A DNA stretch of 64,000 bases from positions 86,552,001-86,616,000 of the forward strand of contig NC_043000.1 of the NCBI RefSeq assembly GCF_006345805.1, written 5' to 3'. The translations under genes and the position numbers were made by a program. This DNA is from Octopus sinensis (Eukaryota). Positions 53,180-64,000 of this stretch are shown one piece after another; position 1 is the stretch's first letter; every line of letters begins with the position of its first letter. The notes beneath the pieces are model-generated. The model did no database searches, was not told the origin of the DNA, and was given only the letters and a program-made list of their open reading frames with translations.

Positions 53180-54330
53180 GTCATGTTGTGTACATGAATT
53201 TTTTCTTTAGTAAATGTATGTTTGTGCATTGCAAATTGTTTCTTGAAAACTTGGATATGGGATTAATATGATACTGCCAATATGGATAATTATTGCTACT
53301 TAAAGATTTACTATCATTGCCAAGTACACCAATAATTATTGGTGCTAATTTGAATTGATAATCAGGGTAATGTATGTGCAATCTTTGTGGCAGTTATCCT
53401 TCTCGCTGACTTTCATAACTATTCATGACTTTTCTTTTCTGTTCCAAATAACAAAATCAGGTCTGTTATGTTAGAATTTTGGTAGAAGTTTTGATGGGAA
53501 AGTATTTCTTGATATGTATGTGTGTATGTATGTATCTATCTATTTATCTATCAAATAGCAGAGATGTTTATCTCAGGACAGTTTTTCTTGTAGATGGTTT
53601 TGTATATTGTTTTAGGAGTATGCTTCAATAGAAGACAATGTGTGATGTCTTCTACAGAATATTAAGGTCATTCACTTTTAGGGTTGCATCTTCAGAGTTT
53701 AAAGGTTTCACTGTCTCTTGTTTGCTAGATATTTCATAGCCTTCTCCTGTTGAAGTATGTTGGTCCTGCACTTCTAGGAATTGCAAGTCTAAGGATGTAG
53801 ACCAGTTATTTGTGGGTCTTTACAATGGCACCAACTAAAGCAGAAAGTACTTCAACAATAATGACTTCAGTAGTCATGAGTGGGAATAGAATCAAATGCT
53901 TTTCTGTAATCAAGCAATGTAGTCACAAGGTTTCCATGGTGTTCTTTTACTTGACTCAGAACAGTTATGTCTATTAAGAGTTGTTTGGTGTATCCCCATA
54001 CTCTTTTCTTTGTACCTGTTTGCTCATGAGTGATTACATCATTAGACTCACAATGGTCCTGAAGGAATTGGTTCAGGCAGCTTGTGTACTGTTGCACATG
54101 ATATTAAGCCAGGTCATAGCCCTAAGGTTTTCTGTAAAGCCAGTGATTTCATTCTTAGTTACAAGATTTGTTTGTGTTAAACTGTAATTGATTTCAATTA
54201 GTAATAATTTCAAGAACAAAACAGAACCTCCTCATGCCAAAACTCTCAACTGAATTAGGGATCTTTAGATCAGTCTAACACTCTCTGAGTTGAACTATTT
54301 TGGCCATCTCATAATTTGTAGAACATTTTT
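53180..54330 (-). mobile_element. Degenerate R4/Dong-like non-LTR retrotransposon (RT + restriction-like endonuclease)
   Basis: EQTG..K...G...QLLID...NL....LDYRKAFDSIP (RT); HNRPDFVIW near 53445-53470 and PIIIGVLG (RLE motifs). Confidence 0.75.
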
Positions 54331-55930
54331 TTTTTTGTCATTGAAGGAAGATCATTTTGCTCAAGTATTCCAAACAATGTCCATTAACCCATAAAGCACT
54401 GGGATTTGCACTTACATAGCATAGACAACTGGGCACATTTTATGAAAAAGAGACTACCATGCACACATAAAAAACAAAAAAATAGTTAAAATATCTTCTT
54501 AGTATATAATGGTGGCAAGTTTTACATCATCTGAAAAGTCTTTAGTTGAACTATTAGTTCTCTTGCATTCTGGGAGGTATCAGAGCATTTGAGTGACATT
54601 AGACCCTAATGAATGCCCATAAATTAAATGCATTTAACTGGGCCATGATTGTGGCCTGTCGACCTGTGCTCTACGGTCATGATTGTGGCTTGTTGCACTT
54701 TGTGTTAAAGGTAGGAAAAAAGCATCCCTATGAAGGCTATTTTGAACAACATATTTCCTAAGGGGTTTGTCATCACTGGCATATAGTTCATTACAGTTTT
54801 TTGACTACAGCTGTTCTGTAGTCATTTGGAACTGTAGGGAGGCTTTTGTGTAGGCATGTCATCTGCTACACATTGTAGCCCAATGTTCCTCAAATCACAC
54901 TCTCCCTTTTTAATTTGCAAAATTTTACACTGGAAAATGTAGTCTGATGTATACAAATGAGATAAATAACTGTGTGTATTTAAAATATCAGCATTTACAA
55001 ATATGTGCATAAGTTGCCATACAATTTCTGTCCACCATTTTCACTTACAAGACACACTGGTTAACCCAGAGATATAGTAGAAGACAATTACTTAGTGTCA
55101 CTCAGTGCAATAAAACTTGAATCCACACACACACACACACACACATATTTCATTATGTCACAAAAGATGGCCTTAATTCCTTGAACATCAGCACTGTTAA
55201 CTAAAAACATCTCTTACTGAAAATAAAGTGTATAGGAGTCTTTAACTAGGAAGGATGACATGCTGTTTGAAAAAAATTGAATTTCCTGTGAAATACAGTG
55301 CTTGAAATCTGTAGGTTGTTGAAGTTCTCTGATAAATGGTCCTGAGCTAATCTCATTTGCTCTGTTTGTTGTCATTTTATACATTCGAAAGTTGGTCTTA
55401 TCACCCATGAAATATACTCCTACATGCATGCATGCATGTGTGTGTATACACACACACACACACGTGCTGTAAATTATATGTATAAACATTAAAATAATAC
55501 ATTCCTGTAACAGAGTGTATGTGCTACTTGTGTGTCAGTAATTATGTAAGTCAATACTACTGTTTCACACTAGTGAGTCAATGATTTACTTTCCATCCAC
55601 AGCTGCTCTGATATCCACTGGTGACTTAAGTGAAATTGGGGTATAGATCTGAATTCAGAGTGTGAATTCATAAACACATGTGCATTTAAATACACACCAA
55701 CCCACACACATTCAAACTGGTGCTTAAATGAATGATGGTTTAAACGTAAATATATTCAAGGATAACTTACTATAATGATTTTAAATATTGACTTTATAAT
55801 TTGCCATTCTTAATTTAACAATCAAACCTTTCATTGTCACTGAAAGAAATGATTTTTTTCTTTTTTGTTATAGATATAGAGAATTGTTTGGTATTTCATG
55901 TTTAAACAAAGTGTATATTCAGACCTGAGT

Positions 55931-56313
55931 GGGGGCGCAATGGTCCAGTGGTTAGGGCAGCGGACTCGCGGTCGTAGGATCGCGGTTTTGATTCCCAGAC
56001 CAGGCGTTGTGAATGTTTATTGAGCGAAAACACCTAAAGCTCCACGAGGCTCCGGCAGGGATGGTGGTGATCCCTGCTGTGACTCTTTCACCACAGCTTT
56101 CTCTCACTCTTACTTCCTGTTTCTGTTGAACCTGTATATCAAAGGGCCGGCCTTGTCACTCTGTGTCACGCTGAATATCCCTGAGAACTACGTTAAGGGT
56201 ACACGTGTCTGTGGAGTGCTTAGCCACTTACACATTAATTTCACGAGCAGGCTGTTCCGTTGATCGGATCAACCGGAACCCTTGTCGTCGTAACTGACGG
56301 AGTGCTTCCATCC
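55931..56313 (+). mobile_element. tRNA-derived SINE family C with 16-bp TSD
   Basis: gggggcgcaatggtccagtggttagggcagcggactcgcgg head; TSD atattcagacctgagt (55915-55930) / atatacagacctgtgt (56314-56329). Confidence 0.88.
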
Positions 56314-57789
56314 ATATACAGACCTGTGTTTTTCTATTCATTCTTTAAAATCCTCTTTATATAAACCATTGTCTCTTTGTTCACACTTGGTTTAAATATA
56401 TATTTTCCATTTGGTCTTTCATTAAATTATCAAATTAAATGTTAAAATAATTTTATTTTATTTTACTTTTTATGTCTAATTATCTAGTTTTCTGATTAAT
56501 GCTTACTTGGTATCAGTTATGAACATTCTATTTTCAATATTCTCCTTGTAACAAAAACAATTTTTTTTTTTGTTTGGACTATACTGAAATGGCAGATTAA
56601 TTCTATTAATTGAAGAGACATTTATGACTCAGAAACATTCTGTTTAGGCTACTTATATATGCCTTCCTTATGTCATTCCTAAGTTCATGTACTTACTGAG
56701 AAAAGAGTTAAATTAACAATATAATGAATAGGGTTTTTTTTTCTTCAACAAAAGACACATTTATTCCTATTGTGTAGTTGTTATCTTTTGTTCTTGTTTT
56801 AAGGTATTGTTGAAGGCATAATATTTTTACTCTTATTTAGAATTTTTCATTAAAAAATGCAATTTAATTTTTGAGTAATAGTACATTAATTTCAGATTTA
56901 TCTTTTATTTAATCAGACTATCATATTTTTAAAGTCATCCTCAAATTGAGTAAAAGTGGTTGCTATTTTTGCCTACACTACTACAGTGTGTGTGTGTGCG
57001 TGTGTCTCAAGGATAAATTCTATTGCTTATTTTCTTTTAACATAAATTATCATCAGGTTTGTGAAGCAATTCTAACTCTATCATTTTTTCAAATACTATT
57101 TAAACTTTTAACTAAAATAAAAATGAGTTAGACAATTATTTTAGATATTGACTGATGTATGGAACTAAGCTTGGGATTCATGATACTATACATTTTTTAT
57201 ATTTTAATTGTTAGTTGTGGTTTGAAACCATTTCATCAATTTGCTTAAGATAAACCAATCATTTGAAGTTCTTGAAATATATTATATAATTAATAAGCAA
57301 AAGTATGAAGGTAAGGTATTAGTATCACATTTATTCCTTGGTTATGGCCATTTCAACAACATATGGATCAAATAAATCATTTAACAAGTTGAAAAACATG
57401 AATATAAGCAAGGATTATGTAATATTGATTCATATAATGTAAAACTCATAGTCATTTCTTCATGACTGAATGAATAAACTAACACTTGTTTCTACTGAAG
57501 CAAGTTTTCCTTTATATACATTCTGTTAGCTGGCATTTGCAGGAGTGCTGACTTAGGTAATTACCAAAATTGATGGACCCTCTTTCATGTCAGCTCCTGT
57601 CAAACCATCCAACCCATCCCAGTATGGAAAACATGTTAAATCATGGTGATGATGATGATGTGTAGGTGTGTGTGTATAAACACACACACATATGGTGCAA
57701 GTGTATCTCCAGTACTTTGACAGTGCACTCAAACATTACATCCTAGAATTTATCCAAACTCTTTAATCTCTCACTCTCTACAAGGATAT

Positions 57790-58900
57790 ACCCTGGGATT
57801 TGGAAGTATGTTTCATCATGTCCTATTCCAAAGATAGGCAAATCCTTTTAAGCAGCTAACTATCATCATATACCACTCACTTCTCCGAGTCACTCACTCT
57901 CCTTGGTTGTCATCAGTGTGGCTTCCTCAGAGCTAGAACCACTTGAAACCTAATCTATCATCCATCTGTGGGCTATTGCTTTAGAGAAGATTGGTGACAT
58001 CTATGGTGTCGCCCTAAATGTCATCAAAGCCTTCAACCATTCCTGGCATATGAATCTTCAATCAAAACTTCCTGCATACGGGCTCCACCCATTTATCTGT
58101 TGGATTGATAACATCACTGCATGTGGTTGTGATGCTTTTCTTGTCCCACTCTCAGTCAATTCTGGTGTACTCCAGAGTTTAGTTGTTTTTTTTTGTCTTA
58201 TGTGAATCTTGAAACTCTTTATTTCTTGCTAACCTTCTTCAACCATGTATCATTTACATACAGCCTAGACACCATACACCAAAGCTGAATTGATTCCATG
58301 AATGGAGACCTTGGGAGCCTACTTTAGTGGGGTCATACCAATACCCTCTCTTTCAACAGCGAAATACTCAAGCACTTCTCATATAATGAAAACACCACCA
58401 CACCATATCCCCTTAAACACGAGCAGCACTAAGCTGGAGCTTTCACAGTTTCTTCAAGTGTTGGGCTTCACTATCACTCCAGGCAAAAGCATATCCTTAG
58501 CATACTTAGGACCACATCTTAATAACAAGCTCTTTTCTTTAAGGCCAGAAGGTATTTCAGCTGCCTACAGTTGGTGAAACTGTACAATGCTCAAGTAAGC
58601 CCACAGTGGCTTACTGCTGCAACACACACAGACATTCCAGACTGCATCCAAGGAAGGCCACTCAACTGATTGGTATGAAATCACTAATTGATACACTCCA
58701 GTCTCAAGCCCACAAGCATGCTGTTTTCTCCATATGCTTTTTTTACTGTTATTATAATGGCTTTTACTCTTCACAGTTAGTTAGTCTAGTCCTCCACTCA
58801 AGCACCATAGCCCACTTGTCTCTCCAAATCTTGTTACCTTTTTGGCATCCCTGAGCTATCCACTGTGCTGAATACTTCCTACCCAGGACACCAGCAAATT
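57790..58900 (+). mobile_element. Highly degenerate non-LTR RT relic (CR1/Jockey-group)
   Basis: VALNVIKAFNHSWH, SKLPAYG, NSGVLQS and LYNAQVSP remnants in order. Confidence 0.6.
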
Positions 58901-59392
58901 TCAGATGGTTTGTGGCGACTGACCCTTACTCCAAACTCGACCATTAAAAAAAAAATTCACAATTTAATTCACCATTCAGATAAAAAAAATTCCAAGGTAG
59001 AAAATAAACTTATTGGAGAAATTATTGAATTAATAAGGTTTGTTAATTTGGTAACTCAAAATAGTAGAGAAAATGAAATTAGATGTTATATAATGACTAA
59101 GGTAGATGGAAACAGTTTTAGAAACTTGTTTCATTGTTAACCAAAAAAGAAAAGGAATATTTCTCTGTATGAAGAGCAGGTTATGAAGAATATCTTTACA
59201 AATGTAATGCTAAGTTTAGAAATGTAAATCCAATCCTAACTGGTAAAATCAGGGTCCTGACATCAACAAGTATGGTTCATTATTCATGTGTTGATTACTT
59301 GAGTAGTAATCTGAATGTAGTGCCAAAAGCATTGGCTAATGAGTGAATATTCACTTATGATAAATGGATACCATTTATATGTACGAAATATT

Positions 59393-59610
59393 CTTTTCTA
59401 CTCTAGGCACAAGGCCTGAAATTGTTAGGGAGTGGGGGGGCCTAGTTGATTAGATTGGCCCCAGTATGCAACTGGTACTTAATTTATTGACCCCCAAAAG
59501 GATGAAAGGCAAAATCGACCTCAGCGGAATTTGAACTCATAACATAAAGACATGAAATACTGCTAAGCATTTCACCCAGCGTGCTAACATTTCTGCCAGC
59601 TTCACCACCT
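59393..59610 (-). mobile_element. SINE family B, alternative 3' tail
   Basis: Same head and Meta-like core as other family B copies; tail ...caggccttgtgcctagagtagaaaagaa. Confidence 0.85.
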
Positions 59611-61616
59611 TCATATATATATGTGGTAAAGAAATTTAGTTTAGAGTGGTTAGAGTCGACCTTTGATGTGAAACTTCTTTGATACATAGTTTTAATGTAT
59701 ACTGAATCTATGTCAATAAAGAAACAATAGACATTTAACGTATGATGATAATTTGATGTTGGCAGATATTGGACTGGTCTCTTTCAAAGTTTGCCTTCAA
59801 ATTAAAAGTTTATTTACTCTTTCATTAATTATGTTGCTAATGGAAACCTATTTACTCACTGAGTTGACTTTTTTGTCATATAAATTTGACATTTAATGAC
59901 ATTTTCTTCCAGTTTACTACAGTTTTCTCTATATTTTCTCTGATATTTGATATATTCACTGGATGTATGTTTGTGTATGGGTGTGTAGTGACACTCAAAT
60001 TTGAAGTAATAATTGATTCTCCATTTACAGATGTGTCTCTTTTGGGTGTCAAAGAATCAAGGAACATAGAGAATTGCTTGCAAAATTAAACATTTTGTTA
60101 TAAATAAATTATAATCTACCATATTTCAGTGAATAATTATTTTCTATATTGGCTAAATTTGAAAAACATGCCTCATCCTCTTTATTCTTAATCAGTTTTT
60201 TTTGTTTTTTGTTTTTCAACTCTCTTTATTCACTTTTACCACACTACAAGGTAGGTCAGCTAGTGAAGTAGAAGAGATTAAGGAGAGTTGAAAAAATTGA
60301 TCAAGAATAAAAACTATCTAGTCTACTGTTAAGTAATATTGATTCCCCATCCATTCTACTATTTTATATGATATGATTATTCCTTGGGGCAGTATTTGGT
60401 TCTTCTGATTTATAAAATCTTGTTTTCAGTTTTTAAATAGCATTTCTCTATAATGATGTATCACATTTTTTTACTCATGTACTCACCAATGGTCTATAGA
60501 TTCCAGTTGTCCAAACTCATGTAACAATTATAACAATTGCAGTATGTGAGAATTCCACAATTATTTTGAAAATTCTAAGTTGGAATTGTATGTTTTTCTG
60601 AAGCTTTAAATTCTTGAGAAGTTCATATAGGTAATACTGAAGGTAGAAAACTCAAGAAACACCTCTGAAAGCTATGTTCTTACACCTACTTATTGAATTA
60701 TCATTTTTCACTTAATGTCAAGTAGTAAACAATCTTAACTGTGGAACCAAATTGAAGCCATTATCTGTAATTATTCTGCTACAGCACATTGTTAAAAGTT
60801 TTAACAAATCTTAAAATAGATGTTTGAAAAATATATATATATAATCACTTTACTCTGAACCATATCATTCTTTCTTTTCTTAACTGATGTCTATCGTTGT
60901 CCATATTTCATGATTTTCCAGTGAGCAGACAATAATTAATTACACTAAAGCACATTCGTTAAGTGATGGGCGATAAAAAAAAAAAATTTTTTTAATTAAA
61001 CTACACTTTTTCGCTGCCACCTTCATCATTAACCACTATCCCCACTGACACCACCACCACTACTATCAGTAACAAGGCTCAGTCCAAGTTTTTTGCCAAT
61101 CAAGATTATTTTTATTATCAATTTTGTTTTGTCTATCTTTCTGTCAATGTATGTATCTGTTTACTAGTAATAAAATCGAAGATCATTTAAATCTACCAAC
61201 TAAAAATAAGTTTGATAATTTTAGTATCCTAGCATGGCCACAGCTATGTGTTAACTAAGGTTATTTCATTTTAATCCATCTTCCTATCTTCTATCTCTCT
61301 AGGTATCTATGGAAGGATAGATACATCAACATCATGTTCCTTTTAGTGAATCCTCTCTTTCTCACCTTTTAACTGTTTAATTACATAACTCTCTTCTATC
61401 CTTTCACCCAATAGCATCACATAGTTGACCTTAGTGTGTGTGTTTGTATATATATATATGTATATTCGGAACCTCAACTGTCTGACGAATGGGAATGTGA
61501 AACTCTGAGTAGCAGTTTTTTCGGTGATGTTTTTACAGCTTTAATAATAAAGCATATCACTCTACCTCCAGTATTCAAGTATAATTCTTTCCGACCTTGT
61601 TTCTCATTCATGTGCT

Positions 61617-62843
61617 TTGGGTTGGCAACTAAGTTCCTGCTGTTTTTTTAAATTTTGGAATCTATTTTTGTCGAAAATTCTATTTTTGAATCATTTTGGA
61701 ATCTATTTTGTTTTTTTTTTCTAGTTAATTTTAGTTAATTTTTGTTTATTTTCAGATCATTAAAATGGAATGTCAAGTTAAGAAAGAGCATTTTCGACAC
61801 CTCCTTCTTTTTGCTTTTAAATCAAGGTTCTAAGGCTGCAAAAGCTGCTTGCGACATTTGTGCTGTATATGGAGAGGGTGCTATAGCTGAAAGAACCACT
61901 CGTGATTGGTATGCCAAATTCAAAAATGGAAATTTTGACCTCAGTTTGGCCATCCAGTTGAGTTTGATGAAGAGCGATTAAACCAACTTTTGGTCGAAAA
62001 TTCTCATCAAACGACAAGGGAACTGGCAGAGAAAATGGAATGCTCTCACACTGCTATAGAGAATCATCTTCACTCGATGAGAAAGGTTCAGAAGTATGGA
62101 GCATGGGTTCCGCATGCTTTAAGTGACAACAACAAAAATCAACAAGCCACAATCTCCGCTGGTTTGCTTGCTCAACTCATGGACACAAGCAACAATTTCT
62201 TTATTGAATTGTTACTGGTGATGAAAAATGGTGCTTGTACATCAATATGAAGTAGCGTAAGGAGTGGCTTAGCCCCGGTAAACAAGCGACACCACGCGTG
62301 AAACAAGTTCTTCATCCACGTAAAACGATGTTGTGTGTATTGTGGGACCAGGAAGGGATTATCCATTACGAATTGCTTGGGCAGAACCAAATGGTCAACA
62401 CAGAACTCTATGTTCAATAGATGGAATGACTCAACATGGCTATTCAAGAGAAAAGATCTAATCGTCAGCATGGAGTTCTTCTGCATGACAACGCCCGCCC
62501 TCATATCGTCAATATGACCAAGGAAGCCATTCAAACACCTGGCTAGGAAGTGCTGCCACACCCACCATACTCTCCTGATTTGGCACCAACGGATTTCCAC
62601 CTCTTTCAAATGCTATGTGTGGAGTTTTATTCAATACTGATGAAGAATTGAGAGCTTGGTTGGATCAATTTTTCGAGTCGAAATCAGGTGATTTCTACCA
62701 ATGAGGTATTGAAAATCTTGTTGAACGTTGGGAAGAAGTTGTAAACAACAAGGGTGAATACATTATTGATTAATTAGTTGTTATTTTTTATTAAACCTTT
62801 TAAAAAAATTAAAATTTTAAAATAAACTGCGGGAACTTAGTTG
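61617..62843 (+). mobile_element. Mariner (DD34D-type) transposon, pseudogenised
   Basis: AWVPHAL, IVTGDEKWCLY, LHDNARPH, PHPPYSPDLAPTDFHL; TIRs gttggcaactaagttcctgc / gcgggaacttagttg. Confidence 0.92.
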
Positions 62844-62846
62844 ATT

Positions 62847-62995
62847 CTATTGTTGGCACAAGACCTGAACTTTTGAGGAATGGGATAGTCAATTACATCG
62901 ACCCCAGTATGTGATTGGTAGCTACATTATTGTCCCCAAAAGGATGAGAGGCAAAGTCAGCTTCAGTGGAATTCTAACTCAGAACATACAGACAA
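62847..62995 (-). mobile_element. SINE family B fragment (alternative tail)
   Basis: atcgaccccagt...ccccaaaaggatgagaggcaaagtc. Confidence 0.7.
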
Positions 62996-63597
62996 AATGC
63001 TTCTTGCCACCATGCTTCCTTGTACAGATGATAATAATGATCAATGTTCAAAGGGAGATTAAAATATTGAAGTTCTTTCTTTTTTTATATTTGAACTTCA
63101 GCCTCTTTAATCCAACTAAAAAGCTAAAAAAATATTTTGTAAGATTTCAGTTGTAGGTATAAACAAAACTGCAGCTACTTAGGTGATTTATAAAATGTCT
63201 TCAGTATGATTCATTTGAAACAAATATTTTTACTAGTAAGAAAATCTGTATTTGTTTTTAATAGATAAATTAACTTGTTCATAGAAATAAATTCTTAAAA
63301 CTTCTTTTCTAAGTTACCTAATTATGAGTTAAGCAGTGATACTGCTACTTTCCCCAAAATATTAATAGTAATTAATTTTGAAGAAAAATGTTACAAAATA
63401 CCGCAATTTAACCTTATTTGCTAGCTTAAAAAAAAAACGGGGAAATTTTGTCAGAGCAGTTTGAACTGTTATGGTTGTATTTAATACAATACACTTTTGC
63501 ATGTAATGTGAAATTTGTATAACTAATGAGTGAAGCTCACTTGACTGAATTGATGGATTCCACCTTTAAATGTTATGTAAGACATCCAAAATTGCAT

Positions 63598-63820
63598 ACT
63601 CTTTACTCTTTTACTCTTTTACTTGTTTCAGTCATTTGACTGTGGCCATGCTGGAGCACCGCCTTTAGTCGAGCAAATCGACCCCGGGACTTATTCTTTG
63701 TAAGCCCAGTACTTATTCTATCGGTCTCTTTTGCCGAACCGCTAAGTGACGGGGATGTAAACACACCTGCATCAGTTGTCAAGCAATGCTAGGGAGACAA
63801 ACACAGACACACAAACACAT

Positions 63821-63854
<34 letters not shown>

Positions 63855-64000
63855 ATATATACGACAGGCTTCTTTCAGTTTCCGTCTACCAAATCCACTC
63901 ACAAGGCATTGGTCAGCCCGGGGCTATAGCAGAAGACACTTGCCCAAGATGCCACGCAGTGGGACTGAACCCGGAACCATGTGGTTGGTTAGCAAGCTAC
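63598..64000 (-). mobile_element. SINE family A, young copy running off the window end
   Basis: Near-identical to 38527-38937. Confidence 0.95.

Noticed and set aside
56896-56960. Possible next furin exon (DYHIF after an acceptor-like site)
   Set aside because: Frame incompatible with the phase-0 acceptor, stop codon follows, poor similarity

Overview
Eukaryotic, AT-rich, repeat-dominated animal genomic DNA, most consistent with an octopus (cephalopod) genome; this is inferred from the SINE families, RTE LINEs and very long (TA)n/(TATATACA)n arrays. The only confidently recognised host coding sequence is the first coding exon (signal peptide plus start of the prodomain) of a furin-like proprotein convertase at 42965-43129 (+). 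It has a CpG-rich 5' region and is followed by an intron in which I found no next exon for >20 kb. The rest is mostly transposons: five large RTE-type LINE copies plus solo 3' tails, two classes of Penelope-like elements (PLEs), several Tc1/mariner relics (DD34D-type and DD37D), a non-autonomous Helitron, CR1-group and R4/Dong-like relics, and three tRNA-derived SINE families. The most notable structure beyond standard annotation is (i) seven hammerhead-ribozyme-like motifs in PLE termini, including core variants (A6U in two paralogs, A9C) and compensatory base changes, (ii) a C4-H-C3 PHD-type zinc finger inside the RT region of the RTE family, (iii) a Penelope ORF with an in-frame ~100-aa Asn/Ser-rich linker, (iv) a SINE-LINE shared 3' tail, and (v) several inverted duplications able to form dsRNA. 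All calls were made by eye and TE boundaries are approximate.
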